From Nitrospiria bacterium (GTDB taxonomy: Bacteria; Nitrospirota; Nitrospiria; JACQCE01), in assembly GCA_035517195.1 (NCBI GenBank), contig DATIZH010000007.1, forward strand, positions 41,884 through 105,883: a DNA stretch of 64,000 nt, in the 5' to 3' direction. A model generated the notes under the pieces. The model had not been told where the DNA came from. It saw nothing but the letters and a program-made list of their open reading frames with translations, and searched no databases. The translations under genes were made by a program, and so were the position numbers. Position 1 is the stretch's first letter, and every line of letters begins with the position of its first letter. Shown here piece after piece: positions 47,590 through 56,613 of this stretch.

Positions 47590-48455
47590 GACAGGTGGAC
47601 GCGCGTGCGGTATTGGGCTCTGCGGTGACGGAGGCGATGGGCCGGTGTCCGCTATGCGGCGGAACCGCGAGCCGCGTCATCGAACAGTGCGGCGACGTCA
47701 GCACCAGACTGTGCGAGCAATGCGATGTCGCCTATCTCGCACCTGCCCCCGCGATGTCAGAGCTCAGCGCGCATTATGACGAGGCCTATTACTCGGCGTG
47801 GATGACCTCCCAGCAGCGCGCGCGGCGCAGGCTGTGGCGACAACGGTTGAAACTGGTTCGCTCTCGCCGGTCCTGCGGCGAGCTGCTGGATGTCGGCTGC
47901 GGCGACGGGAGCTTTCTTGAAGCGGCGCAGACTGCGGGATATTTGTGCGCCGGGACAGAATTGTCCGAGTATGCCGCCGAGTGGGTTCGGAGGGGTTTGC
48001 ATATTCCAGTGATGACCGGTCCCGTTCGCGCCATCGAATGGCCGGTCGCTTCGTTCGACATCGTCACGATGTGGCACGTTCTGGAGCATCTGGCCAATCC
48101 CCGCGGGGATCTGGCCATCGTGTACCGGCTTCTGCGCCCGGGGGGGCTGCTTTTTGTCGCCGTGCCCAACCGGCACAGCGCGCTCTTCAACGCCGTCTAT
48201 CGCCTAATCAAGGGGGTCCCGCCACCGTTCTTCATGCCTGACGAGCGGGAACTGCATCTGTTTCATTTCACTCCGGGCGGCCTTCGACGGTTGTTGGAGG
48301 GGGCGGGCTTTGCCGTCGTGACGACAGGGATGGATGTGGAAGATGCCGACTGGCGCAAACGGTGGACCGACCGGGCCGCCCGCTGGTGGTTCCATCTGAC
48401 CGGCATCAATCGGTCGATGACGATTTTGATGATCGCGGAGAAGCCGCGTGATTAA
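47586..48455 (+). CDS. Class I SAM methyltransferase with N-terminal Zn-ribbon
   Basis: CPLCGG...CEQCDVAYLAP, LLDVGCGDGSF, WHVLEHLANPRGDLAIVYRLLRPGGLLFVAVPN. ATGA overlap upstream. Confidence 0.75.
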   Translation: MRQVDARAVLGSAVTEAMGRCPLCGGTASRVIEQCGDVSTRLCEQCDVAYLAPAPAMSELSAHYDEAYYSAWMTSQQRARRRLWRQRLKLVRSRRSCGELLDVGCGDGSFLEAAQTAGYLCAGTELSEYAAEWVRRGLHIPVMTGPVRAIEWPVASFDIVTMWHVLEHLANPRGDLAIVYRLLRPGGLLFVAVPNRHSALFNAVYRLIKGVPPPFFMPDERELHLFHFTPGGLRRLLEGAGFAVVTTGMDVEDADWRKRWTDRAARWWFHLTGINRSMTILMIAEKPRD

Positions 48456-49653
48456 CAAACGGCTCAAGGATGGCGTGAAATGGTGTTATTACTTCCTGCG
48501 GGCGGTCGGCCTGTGGCTGCTTCTGCCCCTGTTCGTCCGACGCCCGTCGACCGACGCCGGCGAAGTGCGCCGCATTCTCGTCATCCGTCTCGACCGGCTG
48601 GGCGATCTTGTACTGACCCTGCCGCTGCTAGCCGCGATCAAACGGCGATGGCCGTCGTCAGAGTTGACGCTCCTGTGCCGGGACACTGTCGCCCCCCTCG
48701 CCCGGGCCCAGACGGAAATCGACCGGCTGATGACGGTGCGGGGGAGAACCGGGCAGAAGGGCGGACAGGCCGGGAGCCTGCTGGACCGGGATGAACGACT
48801 AAGCCTTCGCGCCCGGCTCAGGGCCGGACAGTTCGATCTGGTGATCGATCCCTATGACGGGGAGGAGCTGGAATCGGCGCTCCTGGCCTGGCACACCCGG
48901 GCGTCCCGGCGTGTCGGCTTTTCCGCGGCCGGAAGAGGATTGTTTTTTACGCAGGCTGTATCCGCCGGATCGAACCAGTCCTTTCTCCAGCGGCAACAAT
49001 CATTGGCGTCGGCGATGGGCCTGGAGCTCGATCCGGCTGAACCACCCCGCCTGAGGCTGACGGTCTCGGAGCGGGAAGCGGCGGAGACCCACCTGCGCCA
49101 GAAGGGGCTCGATCCGGCCCGACCGATCATCGGGATCCATCCGGGAGGGTACTATCCTTCACAGCGCTGGCCGCTCGGCCGGTTTCTCGCGTTGGCGGGG
49201 CGGTTGGAGCGCGAGCGGCAGTGGCAGATCGTGTTTTTCGGGACACGGGCCGAAGAACAGTTGATTGCGCACGTCGGTTTTGAGGCGGGACAGCGTATCG
49301 CGGTCTTCTTCGACCTGGAACTGCGCGGGTTCATCGCCTTGATGAGCTGGTGCCGGCTGTTCGTCTGCAACAACTCGGGGCCCCTGCACCTGGCGTCGGC
49401 CCTGGGTCTGCCGACCGTCTCGACCATGGGGCCGACCGATCCCATCCGGTGGCCGCCTGTTGGACAGGGCCATCTGGTCGTGCGCAAACCGCTCTGGTGC
49501 AGCCCGTGCGGGGAGGGAACCTGCCCCCTGGGCACCCATGCCTGCATGACGGCCATCTCCGTTGAAGAGATGTTCAACGCCGTCGAGGAATCGGCGGCGG
49601 TGTGGCGTCGCCTGCCCGTCGCCTCAAGGGAATTGGTGGGAGACGTCCCGTGA
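48448..49653 (+). CDS. Glycosyltransferase family 9
   Basis: ILVIRLDRLGDLVLTLPLLAAIKRRWP, NNSGPLHLASALGLPTVSTMGPTDP. Confidence 0.8.
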   Translation: MINKRLKDGVKWCYYFLRAVGLWLLLPLFVRRPSTDAGEVRRILVIRLDRLGDLVLTLPLLAAIKRRWPSSELTLLCRDTVAPLARAQTEIDRLMTVRGRTGQKGGQAGSLLDRDERLSLRARLRAGQFDLVIDPYDGEELESALLAWHTRASRRVGFSAAGRGLFFTQAVSAGSNQSFLQRQQSLASAMGLELDPAEPPRLRLTVSEREAAETHLRQKGLDPARPIIGIHPGGYYPSQRWPLGRFLALAGRLERERQWQIVFFGTRAEEQLIAHVGFEAGQRIAVFFDLELRGFIALMSWCRLFVCNNSGPLHLASALGLPTVSTMGPTDPIRWPPVGQGHLVVRKPLWCSPCGEGTCPLGTHACMTAISVEEMFNAVEESAAVWRRLPVASRELVGDVP

Positions 49654-49835
49654 GCCGGCGATGGTTCTGGCAGGTCGTCTGGTCGATGGCGGCGGCTGCG
49701 GTGAGCCTCTACATCGCCTATCTGGTGGCGCATTATTACGGCATCGGGCCGTCGGCGTACGAGCCGAAGGATTTCGAGCGGCAGCAATTGTATGAGCAAA
49801 CCGGAAAATCGACCATCGAACGTGCAGAGCGCTGA
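49650..49835 (+). CDS. Possible 61-aa single-pass membrane protein
   Basis: GTG overlapping the GT9 stop (GTGA). VSRRWFWQVVWSMAAAAVSLYIAYLVAHYYG contains one hydrophobic helix. Overlaps the annotated start of the next gene. No homology recognised. Confidence 0.3.
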   Translation: MSRRWFWQVVWSMAAAAVSLYIAYLVAHYYGIGPSAYEPKDFERQQLYEQTGKSTIERAER

Positions 49836-51222
49836 GCCAAAACGACTGCGTCCCCGCCGGTCCGCCCGGCGGCCTGGCGGATCGACCTCGCCGGCTGGCC
49901 GGACCCCGCGTCAGGTGCGCCCGCGGCAGAGCGGCGAGCGAATTCGCGTCCTGCACCTGATTACCCGTCTGGACCGGGGAGGCTCGGCCGAGAACACGCT
50001 GCTCACCGTGACGGGCCTCGATCCGAAACGGTACAGGGTGATGTTGGCCTCGGGCGCATCGGGTGAATCCCGCATGACGCCGGATGAACAAACATCGCTG
50101 GACCAGCGGCTCACCGCAGCGGATGCCGTCGGCGTGGAGCGTGTCATGATTCCCTCTCTTGTCCGCCGGCTCTCACCGTGGCGGGATGCGGCGGCCCTGC
50201 TGGCCATGTGTCGGTTGATCCGAGCCTTCAAGCCGCACATCGTGCACACACATACGTCGAAGGCCGGCGCATTGGGACGGGTCGCCGCCAGGTTGTGCGG
50301 CGTGCCTCTTGTGGTCCACACACCCCACGGCCATATCTTCTACGGCTACTACGGCCGGTTGCTGAGCGCTTGCGCAGTGGCTGCGGAGCGGTGGCTGGGC
50401 CGGATGACCGATGCGCTAATCGCATTGACCGAAGCAGGCAGGCAGGAATATCTGGAGCGCCGCATCGCGCCCAGTGAACGGCTCCACGCCGTTCATAGCG
50501 GGATTCAACTGGTTTCCGATGACCGCGGCCGCCCGACCCTTGCCGCCGCGCGACGCGATCTCGGACTGCTCGCCCGGGAACCCGTCATCGGCATCCTGGG
50601 ACGGCTGGTGCCGATCAAGGGCCACCGGTATCTGATCGAGGCGCTGCCAGCGGTGCTCAAGGAGTTTCCCTCGGCGTTGCTGTTGGTCGTCGGAGAAGGT
50701 CCCGAGCGGGACTCACTTGCCTCGCTGGCCGCCTCGCTCGGCGTGAGCGGTCAGATCAGGATGATCGGCGCCCGATCCGACCTGTTGCGGTACGTGGCCG
50801 CCTGCGACGTGATCGTACAACCATCGTTAAACGAGGGGATGGGACGAACCGTGCTGGAGGCGCTGGTCATGGGCAAACCGGTCATCGCGAGCCAGGTCGG
50901 CGGGCTCCCGGACCTCATTGTCCACGGCCGCAATGGATTGCTGGTGCCTCCGGCCTCGCCATCAGCCCTGGCCCATGCCATTTGCTCGCTCTGTTGGGAT
51001 CCCGTCCGCTTGCGCCGGATGAGCGGGGAAGCGCGCCGGTCTGTCGGACGGCAGTTCAGCGTGGCGGCGATGGTGGAGGCGATCGATCGTCTCTACGGTG
51101 ACCTGCTTTTGAGGGTCCGCATCGCTCACGGCGTTGATGGGGTCGCGGAAGGCGCCGTCCGTCAGGCCGGCCGGCGCCGGCAGAGCCGATCGACGATCGT
51201 GGATGGGCGCCGTTGTGACTAA
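49792..51222 (+). CDS. Glycosyltransferase family 4 with an Arg/Pro-rich N-terminal extension (start uncertain)
   Basis: IRVLHLITRLDRGGSAENTL, PSLNEGMGRTVLEALVMGKPVIASQVGGLPDLI. No in-frame ATG closer to the GT core. Confidence 0.7.
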   Translation: MSKPENRPSNVQSAEPKRLRPRRSARRPGGSTSPAGRTPRQVRPRQSGERIRVLHLITRLDRGGSAENTLLTVTGLDPKRYRVMLASGASGESRMTPDEQTSLDQRLTAADAVGVERVMIPSLVRRLSPWRDAAALLAMCRLIRAFKPHIVHTHTSKAGALGRVAARLCGVPLVVHTPHGHIFYGYYGRLLSACAVAAERWLGRMTDALIALTEAGRQEYLERRIAPSERLHAVHSGIQLVSDDRGRPTLAAARRDLGLLAREPVIGILGRLVPIKGHRYLIEALPAVLKEFPSALLLVVGEGPERDSLASLAASLGVSGQIRMIGARSDLLRYVAACDVIVQPSLNEGMGRTVLEALVMGKPVIASQVGGLPDLIVHGRNGLLVPPASPSALAHAICSLCWDPVRLRRMSGEARRSVGRQFSVAAMVEAIDRLYGDLLLRVRIAHGVDGVAEGAVRQAGRRRQSRSTIVDGRRCD

Positions 51223-52762
51223 ACGGCTGGCCGCCGGTCTGCTGGCGGCGTGTTGTGTGCTCTCTGGCGCCGATCGGGCGGGCGCCGAGGAACGGCCACT
51301 TCGCCATTCGATCGCGCTGGCCGTCCACGTCCATTCCACCATCAGCACAGGTTCCCTGTCGTTGGATCAACTGGCCGCGCAGGCAAAGGCAGCGGGACTG
51401 GACGGGATCGTGCTGACCGATAATTACGATCTGCATGTCGGGTATGGGGTGTGGCCGCTGCGAGGCTTGCTCCAATTTGGCGTCAATTTTCCTTCGGTCC
51501 ATCAGGCCGGAGAAACGGCTTATCTGGACCAAATCCGCGCCGCAGAGCGGCGCCATCCCGACCTGCTGTGGATTCCCGGAGTGGAGGTCATGCCCCAGTA
51601 TCGTTGGACCGGATCGCTTCTGACGGGCGATCTCACGTTGCACGACACGCAAAAGAATCTGCTGGTGGTCGGCCTTGACGATCCGGCGCGGTTGGCCGCC
51701 GCGGTTGGCGGTTGTCCTTACGCGTCCGACTGGCCGGTGCGCTTGTGGCCGGCCTTGCTGGCAGTGCCGATTCCATGGCTCTGGCGGAAAGAGCGGCTGG
51801 TGCAGACACGCACGCGATATTTTCGCCTGATCACGCGCCGGCGTCGGCGGGGGGAGGCGGCGGCGCTGGCGGTGATCGCCTCGCTGTTATTGCTGAACAA
51901 TCTGCTGACGGCCCGGCAACCCTTCGATCCGTACGGACCCGATCCCGGAGACGCGCCGGCGCAGCGGATCATCGACTCCGTACGCGAGGCGGGAGGCCTG
52001 AGTTTTTGGTCCCTGCCGGAAGCCGCCGATGATCACCGATATCGGATGGCCGATCTGGCCGAACAGGGGGGGGCATTGGGGAGGGCGGGACGGCTGATGG
52101 ACTGGTACAACGGTTCGGTTTCGGTGGAGACGAGACCGTATCTGCCCTCTTTGGCGAAGACCGAAGGGTACACGGGGTTTGGCGCAGTCTATGAGGATAC
52201 CATCACCGCTACACGACCGGGCGGCGAATGGGACCGCCTGCTGATGGCCTACTTGGATGGCAGACGCCGGCAGCCGGTCTGGGGCATCGGTGAGCGGGCC
52301 TATCATGACGCAGGGAACGATCAGAAAAGGTTCGGTGATATTCAGACGGTCGTTCTGGCCGACTCCCGTTCCTCCGCGTCGGTGCTTTCGGCGCTCCGTG
52401 CCGGCGCGTTTTACGCCCGGCAGCGCCAGCCGGCCTGGGGGCTGACGTTGGACGACTTCACCGTGCGGGGATCGGACGGTGAAGCGCTCTCCGGGCAGAC
52501 CATTTCAGTCCACCCAGGACAATCCGTCACAGTGCGACTGGCGGTTTCGGCCAGTGACAACAGGTCCGAGCCGGTCGAGATTCGGGTCATCCGCTCCGGA
52601 CGCCTCTGGCAACGCCTCACGGCGTCCACGCCTTTCGACCGGCAGTGGACCGACGAGCCGCCGGCGACCGGTGCTGCCTACTATCGTATCGAAGTGGGTC
52701 AGGGGGATCAACATCTGATCTCCAATCCCGTCTTTCTCACGACGGCACAACGGACCGGATAG
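51203..52762 (+). CDS. PHP-domain-like metal-dependent phosphoesterase with signal peptide and internal hydrophobic segments
   Basis: MGAVVTKRLAAGLLAACCVLSGADRAGA signal. VHVHSTISTGSLSLDQLAAQAKAAGLDGIVLTDN is a PHP-type HxH motif. Start moved from ORF-track 51134. Confidence 0.5.
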   Translation: MGAVVTKRLAAGLLAACCVLSGADRAGAEERPLRHSIALAVHVHSTISTGSLSLDQLAAQAKAAGLDGIVLTDNYDLHVGYGVWPLRGLLQFGVNFPSVHQAGETAYLDQIRAAERRHPDLLWIPGVEVMPQYRWTGSLLTGDLTLHDTQKNLLVVGLDDPARLAAAVGGCPYASDWPVRLWPALLAVPIPWLWRKERLVQTRTRYFRLITRRRRRGEAAALAVIASLLLLNNLLTARQPFDPYGPDPGDAPAQRIIDSVREAGGLSFWSLPEAADDHRYRMADLAEQGGALGRAGRLMDWYNGSVSVETRPYLPSLAKTEGYTGFGAVYEDTITATRPGGEWDRLLMAYLDGRRRQPVWGIGERAYHDAGNDQKRFGDIQTVVLADSRSSASVLSALRAGAFYARQRQPAWGLTLDDFTVRGSDGEALSGQTISVHPGQSVTVRLAVSASDNRSEPVEIRVIRSGRLWQRLTASTPFDRQWTDEPPATGAAYYRIEVGQGDQHLISNPVFLTTAQRTG

Positions 52763-52771
52763 CGGGCGCAC

Positions 52772-54691
52772 ATGTGCGGGATCTGTGGATTTGTCGGCCT
52801 GCATGACGAGCCCCTGCTGCGTCGGATGACGCAACGGCTTGTACATCGGGGGCCTGACGATCAAGGATTCTTTCTTGATGGCAAAGACGGAAGAACGGGT
52901 GTGGGGCTGGGCATGCGCCGGCTCAGTATCATCGATCTGGACGGAGGCCGTCAACCGATTGCGAATGAGGACGGATCGATCCGGGTTGTCTTCAACGGGG
53001 AAATCTACAACTACCGCGAACTGCGCCAAGGGTTGTTGGACAAAGGCCACATCTTTTCCACGCAGAGTGACACGGAAGTGATCGTGCATCTGTACGAAGA
53101 GCATGGCGAGGCCTGCGTCGAACACCTGCAAGGGATGTTCGCGTTTGCCCTCTGGGATGAGCCCCGTGAACAGCTGGTGCTGGCGCGCGATCGCCTAGGC
53201 ATCAAGCCGCTCTACTATGCGGTACACAACGGCACACTCCTTTTCGCCTCTGAACTGAAGGCGCTGCTCGAGTGTGACGCCATTCGGAAGACTGTGGAAC
53301 CACAGGCCATCGCGGCCTTCCTGACGTTCCTCTACATCCCCTCGCCCGATACCATTTTCGCCGGCGTCCGCAAGCTGCCCCCTGGTCATGTGTTCCGCTT
53401 TCGCAAGGGGGAAGCGACGCTCCGCCCTTATTGGACGCTGTCATTTCCCGACCGCCGCCAGAGAGCGGAGTTCGGCCGTCGGAGGCCTGAAGACTATTGC
53501 GAAGAATTGCGGGTAATGCTCGAGGAAACGGTGAGGGCCCATCAGATGAGCGATGTCCCGTTGGGCCTGTTTCTGTCCGGTGGCCTCGATTCGGGCGGCC
53601 TCGCCGCGATCATGGCTCGGCAACGCGCCGAACCGGTGCAGACGTTCACCGTCGGCTACGGGGACGAGGCCGCCTCTTATAACGAGCTGGAGGCCGCCCG
53701 CGTCATGGCCCGCCACATCGGGTCGAACCATCATGAGGAAATCATCACGCCGAACGTGATGGTATTGCTTCCCAAACTGGTCTGGCATCTGGACGAGCCC
53801 TTCGCCGATTCTTCGCTGATTCCCACCTATCTGGTCTCGATGACGGCACGGCGCCACGTCACCGTCGCGCTGACCGGGATCGGAGGGGATGAGTTGTTCG
53901 GCGGCTATCCGAGATACCTCGGCGCCCGATTGGCCAACGGCTACGAACGCCTGCCCGTTCCGCTGCGCCGGGCCGCGGCGGGGCTGATCGATTGGCTGCC
54001 GGAATCGACCGGCAGCCGGAACATGGGCGGACGGATCAAACGGTTCGTGAAAAGCGGCCTGCTCCCGGCCCGGGAACGGTACCTCTCCTGGATTTCATTC
54101 TACGACCGGGCCGGACTGGAGGAGCTGCTGTCGCCGTCGATGAAGATGGCCGTCGGCCGGCCGGACTCGATCTGGGAGGCCCACCGCCGGTGGTATGATC
54201 ACGCCGGCGCATCGAATGAGATGGACCACCTCTTTGCCACCGATGTTCGAGGGTATCTTGCCGACGATCTGCTGATGCTGGCGGATAAGATGAGCATGGC
54301 GGCATCGCTCGAGCTGCGGGTGCCCTACTGCGATCACCGGTTGATCGAGTACGCGGCGGCCATTCCCGGCGACCTCAAGGTGCGCGGTCTGACCTTGAAG
54401 GCGTTGTTCCGCCGCACGATCAGGGAGATGGTGCCCGCCCCCATCTTGAACCACCCCAAGCAGGGCTTCATGGTTCCAATCGCCTCTTGGCTCAACAAGG
54501 AATTGAAACCGCTGGTGAACGAATTACTCTCCGAGTCGGCGATCGACAAACGGGGCTATTTCAATTCTGCTTCGATACGTCGTCTGCTTGAGGAGCACGA
54601 GTCGGGCCGGAGAAATTGCGCCGATCAACTCTTTGCGCTGCTGGTGCTGGAGCTCTGGCATCGCATCTACATTGACGGGGAGCGGTGGTGA
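52772..54691 (+). CDS. asnB: Asparagine synthase (glutamine-hydrolysing) family amidotransferase
   Basis: MCGICGF N-terminal nucleophile Cys, LSGGLDSG PP-loop, full length 639 aa. Confidence 0.85.
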   Translation: MCGICGFVGLHDEPLLRRMTQRLVHRGPDDQGFFLDGKDGRTGVGLGMRRLSIIDLDGGRQPIANEDGSIRVVFNGEIYNYRELRQGLLDKGHIFSTQSDTEVIVHLYEEHGEACVEHLQGMFAFALWDEPREQLVLARDRLGIKPLYYAVHNGTLLFASELKALLECDAIRKTVEPQAIAAFLTFLYIPSPDTIFAGVRKLPPGHVFRFRKGEATLRPYWTLSFPDRRQRAEFGRRRPEDYCEELRVMLEETVRAHQMSDVPLGLFLSGGLDSGGLAAIMARQRAEPVQTFTVGYGDEAASYNELEAARVMARHIGSNHHEEIITPNVMVLLPKLVWHLDEPFADSSLIPTYLVSMTARRHVTVALTGIGGDELFGGYPRYLGARLANGYERLPVPLRRAAAGLIDWLPESTGSRNMGGRIKRFVKSGLLPARERYLSWISFYDRAGLEELLSPSMKMAVGRPDSIWEAHRRWYDHAGASNEMDHLFATDVRGYLADDLLMLADKMSMAASLELRVPYCDHRLIEYAAAIPGDLKVRGLTLKALFRRTIREMVPAPILNHPKQGFMVPIASWLNKELKPLVNELLSESAIDKRGYFNSASIRRLLEEHESGRRNCADQLFALLVLELWHRIYIDGERW

Positions 54692-55569
54692 CAACTACAC
54701 GGAAAGCGGAAGAAGTCGCTTGCAACGGATGCGGAGGGATGGAGACGATTGTGTATGCCATTTCGCCTGACGGTCACCGTGTCGTCCGGTGCGTTCGGTG
54801 CGGGTTGATCTACACCAATCCACGGCTGCGCACAGATCTCACCGGACAGCGGGTCGATATACAAGATCACGAGGAGCTTGAGCAAGAATACGGCGCGGAA
54901 CATGCGTTGTATGATGCCCGGTTCGATGAACGACTCGACTGGATGTCTTCCCGGCTTCCGTCCGGGGCCAGGGTACTCGATATCGGCTGTGCCTGGGGCT
55001 ATTTTCTTGACCGGGGGCTGCGGAGAGGATTCAGAATGGCCGGTGTGGAAATTTCCCCTCGCACTGGGATGTTCGCGAAACGAAGTTGCCGGGACGTGCA
55101 TATCGGCGAGCTGGCAACGGCGCCGTGGCCTGAGCAGTGGTTCGACGCTGTGACATTATGGCATACGCTGGAACACGTGCCCGATCCCTCCGAGATTCTG
55201 CGACTGGCGCATCGGCTGCTGAAACCGGGAGGGACGCTGTTTATCGAGGTGCCCGATGCCGGAAGCCGAATCGCCAGGGAACAAATAGAACACTGGGTCC
55301 ATTTTCGCCCGCTGTCCCATCTCTATTATTTCGACCGGACGACGCTCGAAGTCCTGCTGGCGAAATGCGGCTTTACCTGCCAACGATTGGAAGGGGTGTC
55401 TCAAGGAACTGGATGGGGGGATCGGCTCAATCAGCTGGGTCTGGGTTGGGTGAGCAAGGCATTGCTGATGTCTTGTCCTGGCCTTGTGATGGCTGTACGT
55501 TCCCGCCTGATGCGAACAGGGCGGACGGAGACGGACGTGTTGATCGTGGCCGCCACGAGAAGAGATTGA
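54685..55569 (+). CDS. Class I SAM methyltransferase with N-terminal Zn-ribbon
   Basis: CNGCGG...CVRCGLIYTNP, VLDIGCAWGYF, WHTLEHVPDPSEILRLAHRLLKPGGTLFIEVPD. GTG start overlaps the asnB stop. Confidence 0.75.
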   Translation: MVTTTRKAEEVACNGCGGMETIVYAISPDGHRVVRCVRCGLIYTNPRLRTDLTGQRVDIQDHEELEQEYGAEHALYDARFDERLDWMSSRLPSGARVLDIGCAWGYFLDRGLRRGFRMAGVEISPRTGMFAKRSCRDVHIGELATAPWPEQWFDAVTLWHTLEHVPDPSEILRLAHRLLKPGGTLFIEVPDAGSRIAREQIEHWVHFRPLSHLYYFDRTTLEVLLAKCGFTCQRLEGVSQGTGWGDRLNQLGLGWVSKALLMSCPGLVMAVRSRLMRTGRTETDVLIVAATRRD

Positions 55570-55572
55570 GGG

Positions 55573-56613
55573 ATGGAGAAAATTCTTGTCTTGAATGTTT
55601 CAGGGATCGGCGATTTTGCCGATTCACTCCCAGCGCTGAGACGCTTGCGGGTCGCGAAGCCAGGCGCCTTCATCCGGCTGGTCGTGGCTGAAAAGACGGC
55701 GCCGCTCGCCCGGTGCTGCCCCGATATCGATGATGTGATCGGCCTGCCCACGATGCCTGGCCGTGCCATTCCGGCGCCGTCCGATTCCCCCCGGTGGCTC
55801 CGTCGAATGATCGGCCTGCGCGGCCGTTACGACCTGGTGCTCGATTTGTACGGCGGCGAGTCCTTGGTCGGACGGTGTTGGCGCGCGTTGATTCGACTGA
55901 TGTTATGCGCGCCTCTGATTGGACTGGACGGCCAACACGCGTCCGACAGCCAGTCTGCGCGGTATTTGAAGCTGGTGTCCAAGATCGGCACGTCCTCCCT
56001 GCCGGCACCCCCGCACACTGCCGCACCGCTGCATATCACCGACGCCGTCAGACGGGAGGTCCGGATCTGGCTCGACTCCCTGTCATGGGGGCCGCTGACC
56101 GGTCCCCGACTCGTTGTCGCGCTGGGCGGCGACCGACGGACGCGACATGAATCTCCGGAGCGGGCCAACCAATGGCTCGCACTGCTCCAGGCACGTTGGC
56201 AAGTGCGTCCCATTCTCATCGGGTCGCCGCGCGATCCGGGGTTGCCGTCCGGTTCAGCCGTACGGCACTTTGACGCCCGCGGCCGGTGGGACATCGCCAG
56301 AACCGCAGTGTTGATCGAGTCTGCAGACGCGCTGATCAGTACCGATAGCGCGCCACCACATCTAGCGGCTGTCTGGGGGGTTCCGACTGTTATTCTTGTC
56401 GGGCCCGGTGACGCCATCCGGTACCGTCCCCCCTTCTCCGAGACACGGCTCCGCCAGCTTCGGCACGAGGTTCCCTGCGCGCCCTGCTACCATGATCGAT
56501 GTCCGTTGACAGGCGCCGATTATCAGCGCTGCATGACCGGCATTGCTCCTGAAGCGGTCGCCCGGGCGTTCGGCGAGCTCATGGCGATGAGCCGTGTGGT
56601 CGGCGGCGATTGA
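55573..56613 (+). CDS. Glycosyltransferase family 9
   Basis: MEKILVLNVSGIGDFADSLPALRRLR, TDSAPPHLAAVWGVPTVILVGPGD. Confidence 0.75.
   Translation: MEKILVLNVSGIGDFADSLPALRRLRVAKPGAFIRLVVAEKTAPLARCCPDIDDVIGLPTMPGRAIPAPSDSPRWLRRMIGLRGRYDLVLDLYGGESLVGRCWRALIRLMLCAPLIGLDGQHASDSQSARYLKLVSKIGTSSLPAPPHTAAPLHITDAVRREVRIWLDSLSWGPLTGPRLVVALGGDRRTRHESPERANQWLALLQARWQVRPILIGSPRDPGLPSGSAVRHFDARGRWDIARTAVLIESADALISTDSAPPHLAAVWGVPTVILVGPGDAIRYRPPFSETRLRQLRHEVPCAPCYHDRCPLTGADYQRCMTGIAPEAVARAFGELMAMSRVVGGD

Noticed and set aside
52772-54691. Asparagine-synthase homolog as the lasso-peptide cyclase that would complete a kinase/PqqD/nucleotidyltransferase lasso cluster
   Set aside because: It retains the N-terminal MCGICG glutamine-amidotransferase nucleophile. 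It lies about 17 kb from the PqqD and kinase genes, inside the tightly coupled EPS operon. No B2 transglutaminase-like protease is present. It is better explained as an EPS-associated amidotransferase.
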